This document shows, in pieces, positions 30,493 to 39,938 of a stretch of 64,000 bases of DNA. Source of the stretch: an uncultured Proteiniphilum sp. (GTDB lineage: Bacteria > Bacteroidota > Bacteroidia > Bacteroidales > Dysgonomonadaceae); assembly GCA_964647535.1 (NCBI GenBank), contig CAZYGE010000004.1, forward strand, positions 6,870 to 70,869. The letters run 5' to 3'. Each line of letters starts with the position of its first letter. Position 1 is the stretch's first letter. A program made the translations under genes and the position numbers. Below the pieces are notes generated by a model that did no database searches, had not been told where the DNA came from, and worked only from the letters and a program-made list of their open reading frames with translations.

Positions 30493-31297
30493 TTTTTATT
30501 GTAGAACTTGTTTCCTCAAATACAACACACTCCATAGAAGTGAAAAGTTGATCACTATCTTTAGTGTTAAGTTTATTTTCCATTTCCATATACATCATGA
30601 GCCCGTTTTCGTATTTATTGCTTAATGCTTGCATTTCTTTTGGCAAGTTCGCAATATTCCCTTTCCCCGAATTGTTATTGCCAAATCCCACACCAACATC
30701 TGGTGCAATATAAAATGTGATTTTATTTTCACTATTTTCCATCACGTATCCGGGGCAATTTATCCCATGAAACACTCTACTCGGAACTTCACTAAAACTA
30801 TAATCCTCTAAAACCTCAACCTCTTCATCGTTATCTCCACTCGTGACATCTAACTGTCTTGCAATGACACTTTCACCAGATTTCATTACTATTAAATTAT
30901 TATCCGTGTCAAACACCATAAGCATATCAGGAGAAAATGCTGTCTTTGCACCAAAGTAATTTTCATTCTTGTTAAACAGATAATCCATTTCGAGTTCTCC
31001 TTCACCTGCAGACATTTTAAGTCGATAGAGATAATCGAATTTATATTCTGCGGGCAGTTCACTAACGTCAACTGTTGTGCCTGTTCCCATATTAAAAAGA
31101 GCGTCAAGTTTAGGATTAAGAACCTTATCCATTGTTTTGGAAGTTCTTTCGGCTGCTTTATCTGCTGTTTTATCAATTATAACATTTTCAGCTCTTTCTA
31201 TAACTTTTTTCTTCAACCGATTAAGAAACTGTGCTTCGGCGGTTGTTGTAAGTATAAAAAGACAAGAAAGTAATAGTAAAAATTTATATTTTTTCAT
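30485..31297 (-). CDS. Secreted hypothetical protein (possibly DUF4412-like)
   Basis: Signal peptide ending AEA-Q; helical QFL..LKKK N-terminus typical of Bacteroidetes exported proteins. Confidence 0.65.
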   Translation of the reverse strand: MKKYKFLLLLSCLFILTTTAEAQFLNRLKKKVIERAENVIIDKTADKAAERTSKTMDKVLNPKLDALFNMGTGTTVDVSELPAEYKFDYLYRLKMSAGEGELEMDYLFNKNENYFGAKTAFSPDMLMVFDTDNNLIVMKSGESVIARQLDVTSGDNDEEVEVLEDYSFSEVPSRVFHGINCPGYVMENSENKITFYIAPDVGVGFGNNNSGKGNIANLPKEMQALSNKYENGLMMYMEMENKLNTKDSDQLFTSMECVVFEETSSTIKIR

Positions 31298-31342
31298 TTC
31301 AATATTTATAATCTGCTGTGAATAAAATGTATAGGAATAGAC

Positions 31343-31678
31343 TTAAATTGATTTTAGCCATTCCTCATATTTGGTACCTAAAATAGGAACTGGTTTTGAT
31401 TTTCCGTTAATAGCATTCAATAATCCTATAATCCACATATATAGCAGTACAAACACACCAATTATGCTCACTATCCATCCTAAAATAGGGATAACATTAA
31501 TCAAGCTTAAAGCGATACTCGTTAAAACTAAACCCAAGGATTGTCTAATGTGATAAGTGGAATAAGGGTCTTTCTTTTCATTATTTAACACAAATGCAAT
31601 TATCAATCCTATAATTGTCAGATAGGCTACAATTGCAATAGTTTTGTCCGGGATACTTTTTGATACTTCAGGTTCCAT
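31343..31678 (-). CDS. Small membrane protein, DUF4870-like
   Basis: AI.AY, H.RQSL, IP..GW, NA..G...PVP motifs. Confidence 0.75.
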   Translation of the reverse strand: MEPEVSKSIPDKTIAIVAYLTIIGLIIAFVLNNEKKDPYSTYHIRQSLGLVLTSIALSLINVIPILGWIVSIIGVFVLLYMWIIGLLNAINGKSKPVPILGTKYEEWLKSI

Positions 31679-31924
31679 GATTCATTGTTTTTACTTTAAT
31701 TCATTTACAATATTCAAATACTGACTCTCATTTTTTCGCTCACCTTTATTACTAAATAACTAAACAGCAAGAATATCCAAATTGTTTATAATAAATTTAA
31801 AACATTGTAATATTAACAACTTGAACGCCTATTTATAAATATAAAATCTAATTGTGATACATTTCATCTGTTTATATAAAAAGATTACATTTGCATCAGA
31901 AACATGTTTTTAAATAATATTAGA

Positions 31925-32827
31925 ATGAAACCTACTTTATTTGTATTAGCCGCAGGGATGGGTAGTCGCTACGGAGGTCTTAAACAATTAGACGGTGTTG
32001 GACCAAGCCAAGAAACCATAATGGACTATTCAATCTACGACGCAGTAAACGCAGGCTTTGATAAGCTTGTATTCGTTATACGTAAAGATTTCGAAAAAGA
32101 TTTCAGGGAAAAGATAGTTAAAAAGTATGAGAAAAAGATACAGGTAGAATTAGTATTCCAAGAACCTGACATCTTGCCAGAAGGCTTTACACCAAATCCA
32201 GACAGAATTAAACCATGGGGTACTAACCATGCTGTTATGATGGGCAGAGACGTTATAAACGAACCCTTCGCGGTAATAAATGCCGATGATTTTTATGGTC
32301 GAGAAAGCTTCAAAATTCTTGCCGATTACTTAACCACACTCACTAGTAGTGAGAATAAATATTGCATGGTGGGATATAGAGTCGGGAATACACTATCTGA
32401 AAGTGGCACAGTTGCTCGTGGTGTATGTGAAACAGACGATAAAGATAACCTCACAGGTGTTGTTGAAAGAACTCAGGTAAAACGTGTTGACAGAAAAGTG
32501 AGCTACCAAGATGACAAAGGAAAATGGATAGCAATAGATGATAACACACCCGTCTCTATGAATATGTGGGGTTTCACTCCAGACTACTTTAAATATTCTG
32601 ATGACTATTTTATCAAATTTCTAAAAGAAAATCAGGATAATATTAAGGCTGAGTTTTTTATTCCTCTTTTAGTAAACAACCTAATAGTAAATGGTGTCGT
32701 AACTGTTAAAGTTCTTGATACTCCTTCAAAATGGTTTGGTGTTACTTATGCCGATGACAGAGCAGGAGTTGTATCCAAATTAAAAGAGCTTGTTGAAGAA
32801 GGGGTTTATCCTTCTCCTTTGTGGTAA
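31925..32827 (+). CDS. Sugar-phosphate nucleotidyltransferase family protein
   Basis: LAAGMGSRYGGLKQ, KPWGT.HA, VINADDFYG; TACATTTG box at 31886; ORF track start 31904. Confidence 0.88.
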   Translation: MKPTLFVLAAGMGSRYGGLKQLDGVGPSQETIMDYSIYDAVNAGFDKLVFVIRKDFEKDFREKIVKKYEKKIQVELVFQEPDILPEGFTPNPDRIKPWGTNHAVMMGRDVINEPFAVINADDFYGRESFKILADYLTTLTSSENKYCMVGYRVGNTLSESGTVARGVCETDDKDNLTGVVERTQVKRVDRKVSYQDDKGKWIAIDDNTPVSMNMWGFTPDYFKYSDDYFIKFLKENQDNIKAEFFIPLLVNNLIVNGVVTVKVLDTPSKWFGVTYADDRAGVVSKLKELVEEGVYPSPLW

Positions 32828-32858
32828 TACTCCAAATTTGAAACAATTCTTATAGAAA

Positions 32859-34169
32859 ATGTGGGTAGACATTATTATTATTCTTCTTCTGATACTCCTA
32901 AATGGTTTTTTCGCATTGTCGGAAATAGCCATTGTATCAGCTCAGAAAAATAAATTGGAAACTGCAAGTAAAAATGGAAAGAAAGGTGCTAAAAAAGCAT
33001 TAGCTTTAAAAGCCGATCCGGATAACTTTTTATCTTCTGTTCAGGTAGGCATAACGCTCATTGGAATTATCAATGGTGCTTACGGAGGGCAAGCATTCTC
33101 CGGTCAGTTAGTACCTTTCTTTGAGCAATTTGCTCTCACAGCACCTTTTGCAGACGCTATATCAATGATAATAGTAGTGGTTATTATTACTTACGTCTCA
33201 ATTGTAATCGGCGAACTTGTCCCCAAAACAATTGCACTTAATAACCCCGTTAAGATGTCCAAATTAGTCTCTCCTGCAATACATATAGTAAGCATTATTT
33301 TTTATCCATTTGTTAAAATACTCTCATTCTCAACCGGATTTATAAATAAATTAATCGGTTTAAAACCAAAAAATGATATTGTATCGGAAATGGAACTGAG
33401 GGCCATGCTCAAAACAGCGTCTAACGAAGGGGTAATTGATATTGAAGAAAACATAATACATGAACAGGTGTTCTATTTTTCCGATAAACGAGCAAGACAT
33501 CTAATGACTCACCGGACTGACGTGGAGTGGGTTAATATAAGTCAAGAAAAAGATGAAATAATTGCAGATCTACTTAAAACAAAACATAGCAAAATTTTAG
33601 CTTGTAGAAACAGAATAGATGATTTTGCAGGAATAATTTCAATGAGAGATATTTTCATGAAATTAAACAACAAGGAAGAGTTCACAATAGAAGAGCTAAT
33701 CTCCGAACCAATCATTGTGCCTAACACAGTTCGTGCACAAAAAGTGCTTGAAAATTTCAAGAATAACTATAAATTTGTGGCAGTAGTAGTAGATGAATAT
33801 GGAAGTTTAGATGGGATAATAACAATACATGACATATTTGAAAATCTTGTAGGAAACGTTCCTGAAGAAACAGATATTGAATCAACAGAGCCGCAGATAT
33901 ATATTCGTGAAGATAACTCGGCACTGGTGAGTGGCGAAGCTCCAATAGAGATTTTATCACAGTTTGATGAAGAGTTTGTGGTTGATTTCGACAAAATTGA
34001 CTATTCCACTGTAGCAGGATTCGTTTTTGCCAGCATTAACAAAATCCCAGGAATAGGAGATAAATTTGAATATAACAACCTCATTTTCGAAATTGTGGAT
34101 GTAGACGGAAATAAAATTGATAAGGTGCTGGTTAGCAGGAAGATCCCTCTTTTTGAAGAAACGTCGTAA
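32859..34169 (+). CDS. HlyC/CorC (CNNM-CBS) family membrane protein
   Basis: NGFFALSE.A, QVGIT, GELVPK, VVDEYG, TVAG, C-terminal CorC domain. Confidence 0.9.
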   Translation: MWVDIIIILLLILLNGFFALSEIAIVSAQKNKLETASKNGKKGAKKALALKADPDNFLSSVQVGITLIGIINGAYGGQAFSGQLVPFFEQFALTAPFADAISMIIVVVIITYVSIVIGELVPKTIALNNPVKMSKLVSPAIHIVSIIFYPFVKILSFSTGFINKLIGLKPKNDIVSEMELRAMLKTASNEGVIDIEENIIHEQVFYFSDKRARHLMTHRTDVEWVNISQEKDEIIADLLKTKHSKILACRNRIDDFAGIISMRDIFMKLNNKEEFTIEELISEPIIVPNTVRAQKVLENFKNNYKFVAVVVDEYGSLDGIITIHDIFENLVGNVPEETDIESTEPQIYIREDNSALVSGEAPIEILSQFDEEFVVDFDKIDYSTVAGFVFASINKIPGIGDKFEYNNLIFEIVDVDGNKIDKVLVSRKIPLFEETS

Positions 34170-34305
34170 TGTTAAAACGATGATTTTATGTTTTATAACA
34201 CATTTATATTTTAGGTCGAAACAAGAAACAGTGTTAATTTTACACCAATCTAAAAAAAGATCAATCTTCATCCTTATCTTAATTTCAATAAACCAAGAAA
34301 ATAAC

Positions 34306-35379
34306 ATGAGTAATATGTATAGCAAGTCCGGCTTGCTTGTAGAAGCATTTGATAAAATTGTCGACGGCAAGCAAACCGGATTATACATTCTAACTAACAA
34401 AGTTGGAAGTGAGATAACAATTTCAAATTATGGAGCCAGAATAGTATCGCTGATGGTACCTGATAAAAAAGGTGATTTTAGGGATGTTGTTTTGGGTCAT
34501 CCATCAATTGATGAGTATATAACATCTGAAGAACCATATTTTGGTGCAATATGCGGCCGTACAGCAAACAGAATTGCTAACGGTCGTTTTACATTAGAAG
34601 GCAAAGAGTATAAACTAGCAATAAACAATGGTCCTAACTCTCTCCACGGGGGTATAAAAGGATTCAATGCAGTTGTTTGGGACGTTAAAAATGTTACAGA
34701 AAACAGTATTGAACTATTCTATCTGTCAGTAGATGGCGAGGAAGGATACCCCGGTAACCTATCTGTGTGGTTAACCTATACACTAAAGGAAGATAATACA
34801 CTTGATATAAATTATCACGCCAAAACTGATCAAACAACTATTTTAAACCTCACAAATCATTCATACTTTAATTTATCGGGAGAAGGCGATCCATATATTG
34901 GAGATCATGTTTTAATGATTAATGCAGAAAATTATCTGCCTACAGATTCCACAGCAATTCCATATGGAGATAAAAAGTGGGTTAAAGGTACACCAATGGA
35001 TTTTTCTGAACCAAAGGAAATAGGATCCAGAATAAACGATAATTTCGAACAATTAAAGTTTGGCAAAGGTTACGATCACACTTATGTTCTTAATAAAAAC
35101 GCAACAGGTGAGTTTTCTTTTGCAGGATATTGCATATCTCCCAAAACAGGAATAAAAATGGAGATATTTACAACTGAACCCGGAATGCAGTTATATACAG
35201 GAAATTGGATGACAGGTAGTTTCACAGCTAAAAATGGTAACAGATACCCAGAAAGATCTGCCGTATGTTTTGAGACTCAACATTTCCCCGACAGTATTAA
35301 TAAACCGGATTATCCCTCAGTCATATTAAAAGCGAACGAAGAGTTCAACTCCAAAACAAGCTTCAAGTTTACGATATAA
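34306..35379 (+). CDS. galM: Aldose 1-epimerase (galactose mutarotase)
   Basis: GR.ANRI..G, LHGG..GF, GYPGNL, NLTNHSYFNL, GYDH, CFETQ; start moved from 34117 to avoid overlap. Confidence 0.93.
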   Translation: MSNMYSKSGLLVEAFDKIVDGKQTGLYILTNKVGSEITISNYGARIVSLMVPDKKGDFRDVVLGHPSIDEYITSEEPYFGAICGRTANRIANGRFTLEGKEYKLAINNGPNSLHGGIKGFNAVVWDVKNVTENSIELFYLSVDGEEGYPGNLSVWLTYTLKEDNTLDINYHAKTDQTTILNLTNHSYFNLSGEGDPYIGDHVLMINAENYLPTDSTAIPYGDKKWVKGTPMDFSEPKEIGSRINDNFEQLKFGKGYDHTYVLNKNATGEFSFAGYCISPKTGIKMEIFTTEPGMQLYTGNWMTGSFTAKNGNRYPERSAVCFETQHFPDSINKPDYPSVILKANEEFNSKTSFKFTI

Positions 35380-35447
35380 GACAGCAAATAATTTTCTATC
35401 AACTAATATAAATCAACAAGTATAAATTAATAATTAATCAAAAAAGT

Positions 35448-36794
35448 ATGAACACTACTTCTCAAAACAACAATCGGATAGTGCCAATCATTATGATGAT
35501 TGCCCTTTTCGGAATGATCGCATTTGTGACCAACTTGGCTGCACCAATGGGATTAGTATTAAAACAGCAGTTCGCTGTATCAAACTTCCTTGGTCTACTG
35601 GGTAACTTAGCCAATTTTATAGCTTATGCAGTAATGGGAATACCGGGTGGTATTTTACTTCAACGTGTAGGTTATAAAAAAACTGCTTTAATTGCCGTTG
35701 CGGTAGGGTTTTTAGGAGTATTTGTGCAGTTTCTATCAGGGCATTCACCAGAATCTATGGCTTTTGCAATCTATTTGCTTGGTGCATTCATTGCCGGTTT
35801 CTCTATGTGTTTGCTCAACATTGTAGTAAACCCTATGCTGAATACACTAGGTGGTGGTGGCAACAAAGGTAACCAGCTGATACAAGTAGGTGGTTCTTTA
35901 AATTCTTTAATGGCTACTTTTACACCTGCTTTTGTAGGTATACTTATCGGTGATGCTGTAAGCGCCAGAATTAGCGACGTATTCCCTGTTATGTATATTG
36001 CAATGGGTGTATTTGCGCTCGTATTCTTTGTTCTAATAGCAGTTAGAATTCCTGAGCCACACGTTACAAAAACAAAAGAATCAATGGGAAGTCTAATGGC
36101 GGGATCCCTAAAATTCAAACATTTTGTATTAGGAGCAATTGCTATTTTTGTTTATGTAGGTATCGAAGTTGGTAACCCTTACATAATGTTGTATTGGTTA
36201 GAACAAATACCTTCAGTAGGTGCTACCATAGGAGGTTTTGTAACGGGCACATACTGGTTCCTTATGTTAATTGGTAGGCTTGTTGGAGCATCAGTTGGAA
36301 GTAAGATTTCAAGTAAGACCATGCTTTCCACACTCTCTTTAGTAGGAATAGTGTTAGTTTTAGCTGCTATTCTCTCTCCTACAACTAACCTAGTGGAGTT
36401 GCCTGTGCTACAAAGGTCTGCTGCCGGAGCACTTTCGTTTGGTTTGGCAGAAGTACCTATTAATGCATTATTTTTCGTTCTTGTAGGTCTTTGTACTTCC
36501 ATTATGTGGGGTAGCATATTTAATCTTGCCGTAGAAGGTTTAGGTAAGTATACACCAGCAGCTTCCGGTATTTTTATGACAATGGTATGTGGTGGTGGTA
36601 TTCTACCTGCAATTCAGGGAGGTTTAGCAGATAATATCGGCTATATCTCAAGCTACTGGTTAATTATAGCTGCATTAGTTTATTTATTATACTATGGTCT
36701 CGTAGGATCTAAAGTAACAAAAAGAGCTGCTGTAGATGAAGATGAAGATATACCTGTAGAATTAGCAAGTGAAAGTCTACCAAAAGAAGAGTAA
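35448..36794 (+). CDS. MFS sugar transporter (GluP/FucP-like), probably galactose
   Basis: Multi-TM; F.YVG.EV, SIMWG.IF.LA; lies between galM and galK. Confidence 0.85.
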   Translation: MNTTSQNNNRIVPIIMMIALFGMIAFVTNLAAPMGLVLKQQFAVSNFLGLLGNLANFIAYAVMGIPGGILLQRVGYKKTALIAVAVGFLGVFVQFLSGHSPESMAFAIYLLGAFIAGFSMCLLNIVVNPMLNTLGGGGNKGNQLIQVGGSLNSLMATFTPAFVGILIGDAVSARISDVFPVMYIAMGVFALVFFVLIAVRIPEPHVTKTKESMGSLMAGSLKFKHFVLGAIAIFVYVGIEVGNPYIMLYWLEQIPSVGATIGGFVTGTYWFLMLIGRLVGASVGSKISSKTMLSTLSLVGIVLVLAAILSPTTNLVELPVLQRSAAGALSFGLAEVPINALFFVLVGLCTSIMWGSIFNLAVEGLGKYTPAASGIFMTMVCGGGILPAIQGGLADNIGYISSYWLIIAALVYLLYYGLVGSKVTKRAAVDEDEDIPVELASESLPKEE

Positions 36795-36828
36795 AAAATA
36801 TTTCAAATAAAAGACTGTATATTTAATT

Positions 36829-37977
36829 ATGACAAAAGAAGAAGTAAAAAAAATATTTCAAGAAAAATTCGGTAATGAAAGCCCAGAAGTTTACACGTCT
36901 CCCGGACGTGTAAACTTAATTGGCGAACACACTGATTATAATGGTAGTTTTGTTTTTCCGGGAGCTATTGATAAAGGCATGATTGCTGCAATTAGTTTTA
37001 ACGACTCCGATAAAATTAGAGCATACGCAATCGACCTTAATGAAAGTTCGGAATTTGGACTCAATGAAGAGGATCTCCCTAAAGAAGGATGGGCAAAATA
37101 CATTTTTGGTGTATGCCGCGAAATAATTAAAAGAGGTGGTACAATAAAACCATTCGACACTGTTTTTGCGGGTGATGTTCCGCTTGGTGCCGGAATGTCT
37201 TCTTCGGCTGCACTAGAAAGCACTTATGCATTTGGCTTGAATGACATGCTAAGTCTTGGCATTGATAAGTTTGAGCTAGCAAGAATTGGTCAAAGTACAG
37301 AACACAATTATGTTGGTGTAATGTGTGGAATCATGGATCAGTTTATATCAATCTTTGGTAAAAAGGGAAATCTCATTCGCTTGGATACAAAATCTATGGA
37401 ATATGAATATTTCCCATTTGATCCAAAAGGATATAAACTTGTACTTCTTGACACCCTTGTTAAGCACGAGCTAGCATCTTCGGCATACAACAAAAGACGC
37501 GAGTCTTGCGAGAATGCAGCTGCAACAATTGCAAAAAGTTATCCAGAAGTAGAATTTCTTCGTGATGCTACGATGGAAATGCTTGATGAAGTTAAAGGTG
37601 AAATTTCTGAAGAGGATTATATGAGAGCCAAATACGTAATTGAGGAAACTCAGCGTGTTTTAGACGTGAGTGATGCTTTAGAGCGTGGAGACTACGAAAC
37701 AGTTGGACGAAAAATGTATGAAACTCATCACGGAATGAGCAAACTGTATGAAGTTAGTTGCGAAGAGCTAGATTTCCTTAATGATGTAGCCAAAGAACAT
37801 GGTGTTACAGGTTCAAGAGTTATGGGTGGTGGTTTCGGTGGCTGCACTATCAATCTTGTAAAAGATGAGTTATATGATTCATTCATAAAAGACGCCAAAG
37901 AACAGTTTAAAGCTAAATATGGTCACGAGCCGAAAGTTTATGACGTAGTTATAAGCGATGGTGCGAGAAAGCTGTAA
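36829..37977 (+). CDS. galK: Galactokinase
   Basis: PGRVNLIGEHTDYN, P.GAGMSSSAA, CGIMDQ, G.R.MGGGFGG. Confidence 0.96.
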   Translation: MTKEEVKKIFQEKFGNESPEVYTSPGRVNLIGEHTDYNGSFVFPGAIDKGMIAAISFNDSDKIRAYAIDLNESSEFGLNEEDLPKEGWAKYIFGVCREIIKRGGTIKPFDTVFAGDVPLGAGMSSSAALESTYAFGLNDMLSLGIDKFELARIGQSTEHNYVGVMCGIMDQFISIFGKKGNLIRLDTKSMEYEYFPFDPKGYKLVLLDTLVKHELASSAYNKRRESCENAAATIAKSYPEVEFLRDATMEMLDEVKGEISEEDYMRAKYVIEETQRVLDVSDALERGDYETVGRKMYETHHGMSKLYEVSCEELDFLNDVAKEHGVTGSRVMGGGFGGCTINLVKDELYDSFIKDAKEQFKAKYGHEPKVYDVVISDGARKL

Positions 37978-37997
37978 TTGAATATATTTACATTTAG

Positions 37998-38050
37998 AAG
38001 TCGGAAGTCTACAAAGCCAATAAGGCAATGTAGCTTCCGACTTTTTATTT
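37998..38050. terminator. Terminator hairpin between convergent galK and SIMPL genes
   Basis: AAGTCGGAAG/CTTCCGACTT outer stem, CTACA/TGTAG inner stem, T run. Confidence 0.75.
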
Positions 38051-38752
38051 TCAATTCCTCAAATAATAATTTATAGTAGTCACAACCCTAACATTTTTAA
38101 TATGTGGAGTATTTGCATCTCTGTCTGTTATACTAAATTGTCCTTGCGAAGCATTACGTATTTTCCCTAATTTACTACCAGAATCTAGAGCAAACTTCTC
38201 GGCAGCCTCTCTGGCATTTTTTGTAGCCTCTTCAATCATCGCCGGTTTTATACTATTCAAACCGGTATATTCGTACAAAGTATTATACCTATAATCACCA
38301 CCGGTGATTGCAATACCCTGACGCAACAACTCAGACTGTTCGGAAATCAATCTACGAATCTTATCAACATCAGACGAAGACACGGTAATCACAGAAGTTG
38401 CGTTATACCTGTATTGGATTGCTTGATTAACGTAACGTTCAGCTTCCATATCGATGATTTCCGTTGGAGCAACACTAATCTCATCTCTCGAAATTCCATT
38501 AGAAATCAAAAAATCAACAATCGTTTTGTTTTTACTCTGTATATTATCGTAAAGTGTGCTCATGTCATTACCAATATCTTTATACATCAATGGCCAGATA
38601 ACTTTATCGGCCGGCACCTCCATCTCGGCAAGACCTTTTACCGTTACTATACGATCGCGATTGGTAAAGTTATTAATACCAGTATTCAGTAAAACACCTA
38701 AGATTATCAATCCTACTGCTAGAATTATCGATTCTAAAATCCAACTTCTCAT
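38051..38752 (-). CDS. SIMPL domain (DUF541) protein
   Basis: R.V.VKGL.E..V.AD...W, KP.MI.EAT..AR..A..FA.DS, KI..A.QG.F. Confidence 0.85.
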   Translation of the reverse strand: MRSWILESIILAVGLIILGVLLNTGINNFTNRDRIVTVKGLAEMEVPADKVIWPLMYKDIGNDMSTLYDNIQSKNKTIVDFLISNGISRDEISVAPTEIIDMEAERYVNQAIQYRYNATSVITVSSSDVDKIRRLISEQSELLRQGIAITGGDYRYNTLYEYTGLNSIKPAMIEEATKNAREAAEKFALDSGSKLGKIRNASQGQFSITDRDANTPHIKNVRVVTTINYYLRN

Positions 38753-38918
38753 AATATTTAATTTTATATTTTATTACCTAATACAAATATATGGATTAAT
38801 AGTTTACTTAATTCAAAAATAATTGTCGAATCATGTGAATTATCTTCTCCGAATAATTATCGGTTAAAACAACCCGATAAAAAAAATATCAGTTCAAAAT
38901 AACTGCCAATCCATAATT

Positions 38919-39938
38919 TTATTTTCCATTCAGAATCTTACTGTAAACCTCAATATAATTTCTCCCCATTGCTTCCTTAGAAAATCTATCCATCACTATT
39001 CTTCGACAATCAGCTCTAATTAAAGAATCAATATCCTTAATTCTCTCCATCGCTTCATCTGCATTATCTACCAAAAAACCATTCTCGCCATCATTGATCA
39101 GTTCCGGCATACTCCCTTTATTAAACGCTACAACAGGGGTTCCACATGCCATTGCCTCAATTATAGATAATCCAAACGGCTCACTAAAATTAATAGGATG
39201 CAATAAGAGCTTAGCGTTACCTAAAAGAATATCACGTTTTTCGGAACCCACACTCCCCACATACTCTACTTCACCATCTTTCAAATATGGTGTCACATAA
39301 GCATCAAAATATCCCTGATCTTGAACAATTCCAGCTATAATCAGCCGCATATTCAATTTGCGAGCAATCTCTACCGCTTCTTTAGTACCCTTGTCATGAT
39401 GAACTCTTCCAAAATAAAGAATATAATCACCCTTGGGATCGTCATTGAATGTAAATTGATCAAGATCTATACCATGATGAACTGTTGCAATATAATCCAA
39501 CTCTGGCGACCTGTCTGCATCACTTATCGAAACGTAGTGCGTTTTATTATTATATTTTTTATATACGGGCATGATTCGATCCGACGAAAAACCGTGAATT
39601 GTAGTAACCACCGGTGTATCCGTCAGTCCCGAGTAACTAAGTGGTAAAAAGTCAAATTGATTATGGATAATATCAAATTCGTGTGCACGCTCAAAACATT
39701 CCGAAATATGCAAACATTCCCACACTTTTGCATCCAAGTTTTTATCCTCTTCATACCCCGACGGAATCACCGACTTCAACTTTGCTTGCGTTATAGAATT
39801 TGCTGTAGCAAAAAGAGTAACATCAACTCCATTTTTCACAAGCTCTTCTGTTATAAGCGACGTCACTAGCTCCCACGGTCCATAATGCACCGGAGGTGTT
39901 CTCCACGCAATTGGTGCTAACATTGCTACTTTCATCAT
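38919..39938 (-). CDS. Glycosyltransferase family 4 protein
   Basis: PP..YG.WE, T.HG, GR....KG, EPFGL..IEAMACGTP; ATGA overlap with the upstream GT. Confidence 0.9.
   Translation of the reverse strand: MMKVAMLAPIAWRTPPVHYGPWELVTSLITEELVKNGVDVTLFATANSITQAKLKSVIPSGYEEDKNLDAKVWECLHISECFERAHEFDIIHNQFDFLPLSYSGLTDTPVVTTIHGFSSDRIMPVYKKYNNKTHYVSISDADRSPELDYIATVHHGIDLDQFTFNDDPKGDYILYFGRVHHDKGTKEAVEIARKLNMRLIIAGIVQDQGYFDAYVTPYLKDGEVEYVGSVGSEKRDILLGNAKLLLHPINFSEPFGLSIIEAMACGTPVVAFNKGSMPELINDGENGFLVDNADEAMERIKDIDSLIRADCRRIVMDRFSKEAMGRNYIEVYSKILNGK

Noticed and set aside
32859-34169. Haemolysin toxin
   Set aside because: CNNM-CBS-CorC architecture indicates a cation-homeostasis protein; the haemolysin label is historical.
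34117-34305. N-terminal extension of GalM in the ORF track
   Set aside because: Overlaps the upstream gene and reads like intergenic DNA; ATG 34306 follows an A-rich leader.
38857-38887. Terminator for the GT4 operon
   Set aside because: An imperfect inverted repeat is present, but the T run lies on the wrong side for the minus strand.
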